The notes under the pieces are model-generated. The model saw only the letters and a program-made list of their open reading frames with translations. It was not told the origin of the DNA and searched no databases. A DNA stretch of 57,102 nt, counting the filler, from Sphacelaria rigidula (taxonomy: Eukaryota), in the NCBI GenBank assembly GCA_964200075.2. It is 6 parts of 6 records of this genome, joined end to end, with 100 filler letters (N's around TTAATTAATTAA, not from the genome) between each part and the next. Parts side by side here need not be neighbours in the genome. Positions count along the whole stretch, not along the records: positions 47,670 to 57,102 come from CAXNAA020008512.1; 5 more parts are not named here. The stretch is one strand, 5' to 3'. Below are positions 49,250-57,102 of this stretch, piece by piece. The first letter of the stretch is position 1; every line of letters starts with the position of its first letter. The position numbers and the translations under genes were made by a program.

Positions 49250-51454
49250 TTGGTAAGACACGACCTAAGGGTTCATTCAAGTGACAGAGGACACTCCAAT
49301 TATTGAGGTCATGCGTTCGAATCCCGACAAATTCTCTTTTTTTTCCGTCCGTCGAGCAGGCGGCTCATTTTCGTCCAGGGTGGAATATTATTGTCTGTTG
49401 AGTTTTTCCTACAGTTATTTGTTGTGGATAATACACATAGATGGTATCCCATGTTTTCATGGTTGATTATAGGACACTTTGAACAGATTTTGTTTTTGCC
49501 GATAGCGGTATGCCGTGGGTAGGCTAGACACGCCCTGTCTATTGTGTTTCCATGAAGATGCTACTTGACCAGGACCCGAGGGCGGTCATAGTTCCTCGCT
49601 TTCCCTCCTACTTGCCATCAGGTTGTCCTTTTTTGTTCTTCTTGTCTTTTTTTAGATCTTCCTATCTAGCGTTGTTCAGTCTCCGATGCGCAGGCTCTGT
49701 AGAGCATCTCTTTGAACAGCACTCAAGACAGTAGATCTATTTTGGGATTGGCCTCTGTGCTATGCGACAGTTTCGATTATCGGCTTACTCGCTGCTACTA
49801 CTCTGTGTATACACCAGTACGTGACAAAGTAGTCACACGCGGGAACTTCTATTGATTCCACTACAAGTAGGTTTCCTGTAGTTCGATTGGTCTCATACGG
49901 ATCTTTCGTAGTGTAGGTGCTCTTTTTTTCGTTTAGATGTTTTGTTCCTTGCCTTCTTTTGCGGGCTGTTTGGGTTATGGGCATGGGTGGTATGCTCCTC
50001 ACACTCTGTGACCACGGGTTCGAGAGACGAGCTAATGTGACGGAAATAATAATAATAATAATCCTTACACCGCGAGAGTAGGTCACCTGCTGAATCGGCA
50101 TCAATGTTCACTTGAAAAAAGTACGCGTGATCCAGATGGAGTACCCGCACCGTGGTCTAATGGTTACGGTAAATATGTTATGCAGTACATTCTTTCTCTT
50201 ATGTTTGGTCTGCAATTCACAGCGATATGCTCAAGTTGCGCTAAGTTGGAAAACTTGAGAACTTGTGCTGTGGAAAGCAAAAAATGCGGGATTCACTGCT
50301 GGCCCAGCTTGTAACCCTAACGCCGCGGGCGCCGAATTCAACAAAAACACGTTCTGGACGAGCTGAGCCCCCTGCGCACCTACTCCAAACCATAAGTTTT
50401 CTCAGAACTTTCTCCACTCTGAAATTTAGTAGTCATATTGTCAACCATGGATATACCTCCAAAGCTTCAGGTCTACTGGTTTTGGGTGGGTGCCGAGTTC
50501 GAACAACCGGCGGTCATCGCAACTAACGGTGAAGTCCCCTATCTGTTTATCTGTGTGTAGGAGGCCTGGCTTGTGCTTTGCGCTTCGCCCTCTAAGCTAT
50601 TTGATCAATTATTGTCCCGGTACATCTTCAGTCTGTCTACTGAAGTGGGGTGTACCTACCTCCAGGAATGTAAATGTAGTCTCTCCTCCTGTGGTGAACA
50701 TCCTTCGGAACTCTCCCTTCGTACGGCTTGGGGCATCAGCCGGGCCGGAGCGTGCTACAGCAGGTATATCGACGGCGCTATACTCTTCACCTGCAACCTT
50801 AATCGTGCTCTCGCTGCAGCATCTTTCTAGATGGAGCTATATTACCCACCTGCAAGGCACGACGTGCTTCCCAGTCTCTCGTTTCGTAGTTACTTCGGAA
50901 GGTACTACAGCCGGCTCGACAGGCCGGCACGTTTTGTTCTCATTTGTACATGCCATGGTAGGAACCATGCACTATGGTGTCCTGCGTACCTGGCCGCAGC
51001 TGCACAGCGTGGTGACAACACGCCGGGGTCACGCCACACCTCCCATAGCCCGCCAAGATGACTGCTGTGTTGTCTATCCATGCCGCAAGGCGAATCTACA
51101 GCTGTGGTGCGCCCCATGTTCTCCAATGGTACACACAGGGCTCTCCATGACGGAATTCAACCCCTAGACCGCGGTGCGGGTAGTCCATCTGTATCACGCA
51201 TACTTTTTTCAAGTGAGTATAGAAGCGATTCAGCAGGAGATCTACCCTCGCGGCCGAAGGGTTAGGACTATGGTCGTATGTCCGTTTATCCTCCCCCTCC
51301 ACTCCTTAGGCCTGTCCCTTCACAAGTGTTTAACGTTTTCCGACTGTTTCACTCCTGGCGTTGCCCTTCGTGTGGCCATGAACACAGATAGCAATCACGC
51401 GAACGTTCGGCCTTGGCCAAACCTCACCTCTGGGGTGAGTGGGGGTGGGTGAGC

Positions 51455-53776
51455 GGGGGGCGTACTGACTTGTTGCTTGCCTTAGTCGTTTGACTATTGG
51501 CCACGCATCTCTCTTGAGACGGAGCACCGTTCCTACTCCAGATAGAGACACCTCCGACATTCTGGCGCTCGATACGTTTCTTCCATACATTGCACAAAAC
51601 AAAATTACATATCGTATTCCCTTCCTGTTTCGCCGTCTGTGGCCACCATCTATCTCCTAGTATAACCATCGTTTTTTCGCTACCGTCTAATGGCCTTTAT
51701 TGTCGATGGATGAAAACAATGGGGGGAAGGTCTGAAATTTCGAAAATCCCCTAGGGCTTGTTATAATCTAGATCTACTGTTGCTGCTAGATATCTCATTA
51801 CAGACGGTGCTGATCTCGTCGTTTGCTTGCCTGCGCCGGCAAAATAAAGGACAGGGTTATGCTACCTGCTCGTGTATGGCGTTCATAACTGTGGTAAACA
51901 TCTTTCTCACAACCTCTCTGTGACACGGGGGGAGAGTCGGACAGGCTAGGGCGTGATCGACTGGCGCTCTCGGGATGCTGCAGCAGCACACATGAGTAAA
52001 AATCGACTGTAGAAAGCCCCGTGCATAGATTGCAGCATGCTTGCTTTCCGTGAGTTCTATGCGCAAATGCACCAAATAAAACCACCAGCTATACACTTTT
52101 CAGACGGTGCGGTAGCGTGCACTCGTAGCAGCACTGCAGGCAAGTAGGTAGCTACTGGATTGTTTCTGCTCTTCACTTCGAAAGTGCGTATGCCTGCGAA
52201 CGACGACCACCGTGCTTGGCCCCAACAGCTCCAACACCGCTGCCGGGGCACACACCGTCTAAGGAGATAGATACCGCCAACCTGCGGTGGGTTTTACTCT
52301 ACGGCATAGCCCAGGGTGTCTCCAGCAAGGTTCCTGATGATTCTCGCACGCTTGCCAGCGCCACGGCGTCCGCCAAGGGCAGCTCTGCGGACTATTGCGC
52401 TGCGGTCCGAAATATTTGGCGAATACCAAACGTGAAGGCTTGGCGAAAATATTTAGCCGCTTCATTTTCGGAGAACGTCAAGCGCCAGGTGCGAAAACGC
52501 CTAAAATCTTGGCGATCTCCCAAAACACTGTGTCGATAATAACGGCCCTGATGCATCAAAAGATTTCATGCCACCGTTGTTCACGTCCCGCATTTCCCCG
52601 CCTAGCACGTCCCGTTCCTCCTTGTGTAGTTCACATTCTGCCACTATATGACTTCTGCTCTCTATCGCTTCACCACAAAGGCAGGTCTGTCTTTATACTT
52701 TCTCGTCCTTTCGACTACTGGTGTATCTCTTTCTTCTTTTCGGCAGGTCCAGGTCCCTCACCCGAAATCACAGTTTCAATCGTTTCGCCGCGTCCACGGG
52801 GCCATGCAGATATGTTTTCATTCCGATCCCCTCTGTCAACCCCCCGTATATCTTCAGGTGTTCTTCCTCGTCTACCTTGCGTCTGGGCGCTTCTTTTCCC
52901 CTTATTTCTGCCACGTCTCTGACTTTCGTCTTGTACCCCTTGCCTTCACCAATGGACAGTATTTCGTCTTGGTTTCCTCCCATATCCTTCATACTTTCTC
53001 GACGTCTCTATCCCAACCTATAGCACGCCCTTTCGTGCTTTTCTTTCATACAGGCTCATCAACTGTAGCTGGCAGTCTCTTTCTCTGCATGTTCTTTACG
53101 CTATATTGCCATCTCAATTTCTTCATGTCTCTGTTTTAAGTGAGTACATTCCCAACTCTGCTCTGAGTGCTGTATTACTCGTCATTTTCGAGCATCCACC
53201 TGTCTTCTTAGCTGCTGCCATCTGTGCTGTTTTCAACTTCTTCACCAGTTTCACCTTCCCCTCCCATACTTCTCCTTCATATTCCAGCTTTGGTACGATC
53301 ACGTTAATCAGGATACATTCCTCAATCCCAGCGTCTACGTACAAGTCTCTGAGGATCACGTCCATCATTCCCATCTGTGCCTCACCCTTTTCTATTAGTT
53401 GGTGTATGTGTGCATCCCAAGAACAGTGTTTTGAGATTTTTACGTTAAAGCAAGTATACTTTACGATCGGCAGTTCCTCTTCTCCCCACTTCCACTTGAA
53501 CGCTACCGGATCTTTCCTATCTTCGTTACAGAGGAGTACCGCGCATTTGTTAACATTCGCTGCCACTCTCCATTTCCTAGAGCATTCTAGCGCCTTGTCT
53601 ATCTGTTGCTGCAATCCTTCTGGATTCCGGAAATCCACACAAAATCATCCGCAAACACTACTCCTGACATCATATTTTCACCCACCTTGAATCCTTGATT
53701 TTCTGCTTCTATTGCTATTATCAAGTCACTAATGAATACCTTGAACAAAGTGGGTGATAACGTACATCCTTGTGCT
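51455..53776 (-). mobile_element. 5'-truncated LINE (RTE/RTEX-like): RT C-terminal half, CCHC motif and 3' end, split by an insertion
   Basis: QGCTLSPTLF, VFADDF, LRAELGMYSL and CLCGEAIESRSHIVAEC; ...MKSFDA at ~52552 resumes as LDGSEKTMVILGDRWWPQ at 51690. Confidence 0.92.
51691..52548. mobile_element. PIF/Harbinger-like non-autonomous element nested in the LINE
   Basis: TIRs (T/G)GGCCKTTATTRTCGA with 3-bp flanks TAA/TGA; removing the element restores the LINE frame. Confidence 0.82.
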
Positions 53777-54445
53777 TGTGCTTTGGCCGGTGGGGGGGGG
53801 GGGTGTACTCATGATCTTGCATGCCATAGTCATCAGACCATTGACCTCGCATCTCTACAAAACCGGGACGGAGCACGCCGGCCCCCGGGGGGGGAAGTCA
53901 GTTGAAAAATGCACGTCTCCTCTCACCTCCAGCAGACTGTCGGTAAGCACACGGATTACGGACTTCATGTCCCCTTCAAAGGGCGTGCCAGCCCACCTTC
54001 AGCATAAACGAACTACCAACCACGCGGGCATCTGCAATATTACAGCTATTATTGTCGTTGTGATTAAGTCCCCGAAGTATCATGTGCCTCCCAAGCGTCT
54101 GTCGGTTTCTTACACATGGCTCAAGTGCCTCGATCAAGAAGAGCACCCTGTCATTATAGAGTAAACCCGAGTAGAGTCGAGCAGAGTTGGTCTACGAAGT
54201 TGAATCACTCGATTTGAGTGTGACAACGAGAATCGGATCTTGAATGGGGCTTGACAGTCCCGTGTGCTCCCAGTGTGTGTAGAACGCGTTGTCGTCGAAA
54301 TCGGCGCCCAGGCGCCGATTTGGGGTCAATCAACTCCATGCTTTGGGGACCCTACGCACCTTCCTTGCCCAACAGGATAGGATTGCCCAACTCCGGATAG
54401 AATAATAATAAATAGCTGAAAGTAGGAGAATGATGAATGCATGTG

Positions 54446-54449
<4 letters not shown>

Positions 54450-54476
<27 letters not shown>

Positions 54477-54777
54477 TTCCTTGTCGCACTTTGAACCCCT
54501 TCCCTCCCTCAGGACGAGTCCGTGGTTTCAAGGGGCCATCCTCTCTCTCCCCGTATACATGCCTTGCATTTTGATGTCGGGAATTGGGTCAGCACTCCTG
54601 CACCGCGGCAACTCACGTCGCACCAACCCAGTCGACTACTTTGTTTACACACGTCCTCACGCTTTCCACGGTGGAAATCATACATTACGAAGAAAAAACC
54701 CGACGCATCGGGAATCGAACCCTCGTTCTCTCCACCGTAATGGCGACAGTCGGACCATTACACCACCCGGGCGCCGC
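54450..54777 (-). mobile_element. tRNA-derived SINE (family B), near full length
   Basis: Minus strand has A-box TGGTGTAATGG and B-box GGTTCGATTCC, a body shared with the copies at 5880 and 28885, and a (CA)n tail. Confidence 0.8.
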
Positions 54778-55388
54778 TTGTGTAGCGATGGGTTTTGATT
54801 GTTCGGGGGGTTTTGGTCACGAGTAGACGATATTGCGACTTCAGTTTTCAAAGCGCATAAGACCCTATGTTGTGCCAACAAGTGTTGATTGTTTTTGAGA
54901 CCCCGATTTCTTCAAAACCGGGGGCACCGTTTTATTGTGCAGACAACATCACAGATTTTTTAAACAGTTCTGTACACAGATGGTCATTTTCTGCATGAGT
55001 GTGGCAATGCGTATCGTGCTCGTTCATGAAGCAGAAGAGCAGCCAGGCGGTGAATACTCCTTCGAGTAAAGTGTCGTACCTCGATACCCTAGGGTAAAAC
55101 AGTACAGGACACTCCGTCAGTACGTACAGTACATGATAATGCCGTGTGGTTATACATGATGGCACAGTCGATATTGCGAGAGCAGTGAACAAAACACACA
55201 GTACGCGAGAGGAGTTGAGCAATGCGGTGCCATGAAATCACCCTGCAAGTACAGCGACAGCAGGCTGGGAGAGTACAGTACCGTTGGTTATGGTGATACA
55301 TAAGGCAGCGCAGCGCAGCATAAAATATTACCATCGCCGCAGGGTACGGCGTCACACTTTTTGTCCGCTTGTCAAACCCCGTGCGAAG

Positions 55389-55487
55389 CTGCTTCAGCAG
55401 TTGGCGAAGGCAGGCACGCCCTGCACTGTCACGAGACTGTTTTCCGCTGCGGTTGCTAAAGTATCAAACGCCTCGTACCCTACCATC
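55389..55487 (+). CDS. Candidate exon of an unidentified gene
   Basis: AAG acceptor and GTACGT donor; LLQQLAKAGTPCTVTRLFSAAVAKVSNASYPTI. No homology recognised. Confidence 0.25.
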
Positions 55488-56299
55488 GTACGTCAAAGCA
55501 CGTACGTCGCCTAAAACAATCGAGGGGGAGTCACGATCTCGGACTGATTTCCCCCGATTCTTTCGGAAAATTGGGGGAAAACATTCCGAGACCGTAACAC
55601 CCCGATTTTCCACCATGATGAAATGCGTTTCTCGATTGTTTCTCCCCCGATACTCGAAAAAATCGAGATTGGTGATTGCCATAAAAGATGGTCTGACGTG
55701 TCCACCTGCGGCATACATGGACTACCGACCACGCGGTGCGCATGCATGACTTCAGCAATAAAGGCGTTTTCGCAGCTGTGATGCACCCTATGTTCTTCAG
55801 TGGTACACTGGAATCTCGATGACGTGAAATAAAGCTATGGCCGTCTGTCTCTCCGGGTGTCCGGCCCACTCATCACTCCTTGGGCATGATGCGACCCTGT
55901 CTATTTTTATTTTTTTGTCTGATCTCCACACTCCTGGCGTTTGACATTCATGCGGTAACGACTACACAGCCATCGCGTAAACGCTCAGCCTTGGCGAACC
56001 AGTACTAAACCGTCGAAGGATACATGAGGTGCGTATGATCCTTGTATGCGGGCATCTCGGCATTTGAGTTGCATTGTTTCACTTTGCTCAAGACTGAAGT
56101 ATCATGTGCCTCTTCAAGCGTTTGTCGACTTTTCACTCAACTAATCTACTCGTAGTCTAGAAGAGCATGCTAATAGGGCTTAACAGTGGATCCTGGAAAA
56201 TGGGGTTCATCTAAAAAATGAGGTTGAAGTGGCATTTCTTTTTTGCAGGAATGACTCGAAACACTCACGACCGAGCGAAGCAATCTTCCCCCCTCAGAT

Positions 56300-56530
56300 G
56301 TCCGAAGGGGCGAAAAAGAGAGTTTAACGGCAGGCACAAGGACTGGATCCGCTGCCTAGCGGAAGACATGAAGGCGTTCGGTGTCGAAAGGCAGGGGTGG
56401 ACCCCCAGAGCCTTGAATGCAGTAGAGTGGCACAGCTGTGTTGAACAGGGAGCAGAAAGGTCTATGGCGGACTGGTGCCAGAAGGATGACGCAGAGGCAG
56501 CGATACGGCACGCGAAAGCTGCAGGCCAAG
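56300..56530 (+). mobile_element. RTE-clade LINE ORF C-terminal remnant
   Basis: GRHKDWIRCLAEDMKAFG...WTPRALNAVEWHSCVEQGA fits the RTE C-terminal pattern (W..CL.ED...W...A....W...V..G). Confidence 0.7.
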
Positions 56531-57102
56531 ATACACCGATAGCACCTGGGACCGACAGTACCGACAGCAACTCACCATAGCCTACGCCAGATATGCAGGG
56601 CATGTATTTGGTCGCCATCTCTGCTTTGTTTCATCTTTTGTTCCTGGTGGTTTCTTCTTTTTCTTTGAGCGCCACAATGTTGAAGGTGTCTCTATTAGGA
56701 GTAGGAACGGTGCTCCGTCTCGAAAGGGATGCGTGGTCAATGGTCAAATGACTAAGGCAAGCAACAAATGAGTACGCCCCCCCTCAGATGTCCGCAGCAG
56801 TTGAGCAACGGTGGCTAGGTGCAACTAGCGAATGCGGTGCACACCCGTGTCGATGACGATATCACCAGAGAGAAGCAACGACAGAGAGGAAGCTCCTCGC
56901 CCGTGTCCTTCATGTGTCCTCGCTCGGCGATTACCAAACTCTCGAGAGACTGGCATCATCGATGTTACCATACCAGCATGTGCCCAATTCGCCATGTGCC
57001 GAAACATCGAGCTGCGGAGAGGTTTTCTCTAGTCTTACGATTGCCTGTCGAGCTCACGAATGCGAAGATCGATTTCTCTCTGCCTCTCCTTTTGGACAGG
57101 AC

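Noticed and set aside
52229..52488. Host exon (APTPLPGH...NVKRQ)
   Set aside because: It lies wholly inside the Harbinger-like insert and overlaps its subterminal motifs.
54298..54321. Hairpin AAATCGGCGCC-CA-GGCGCCGATTT as a terminator or Helitron end
   Set aside because: Isolated, with no U-tract or CTRR end following, and the context is eukaryotic.

Overview
Eukaryotic, intron-rich and transposon-dense DNA. A brown alga or related stramenopile is my inference from gene structure, GTGCG/GTACG-type splice donors and the transposable-element (TE) types. The window is not one locus. It is six near-equal pieces (9435, 9435, 9433, 9433, 9433 and 9433 bp) joined by artificial 100-nt N/TTAATTAATTAA linkers, so nothing can be linked across them. 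Host gene fragments: the last three exons of a PiT/PHO4 phosphate transporter, four exons of a PH-domain protein, three exons of a low-complexity unknown protein, and two exons of a DUF4470-type protein. Most of the remainder is mobile DNA: a decayed chromodomain-bearing Ty3/Gypsy with very short LTRs, LINE fragments (one split by a Harbinger-like element), a probable Copia relic, tRNA-derived SINEs, and non-autonomous DNA elements (piggyBac, hAT, mariner, Sola-like, CACTA-like and foldback). The most unusual structure is an array of about 25 units at 42.5-44.1 kb with a ~42-bp period, made of conserved palindromic motifs and unique spacers. It sits beside a 42/84-bp higher-order minisatellite. 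No prokaryotic system, cas gene or true CRISPR is supported.
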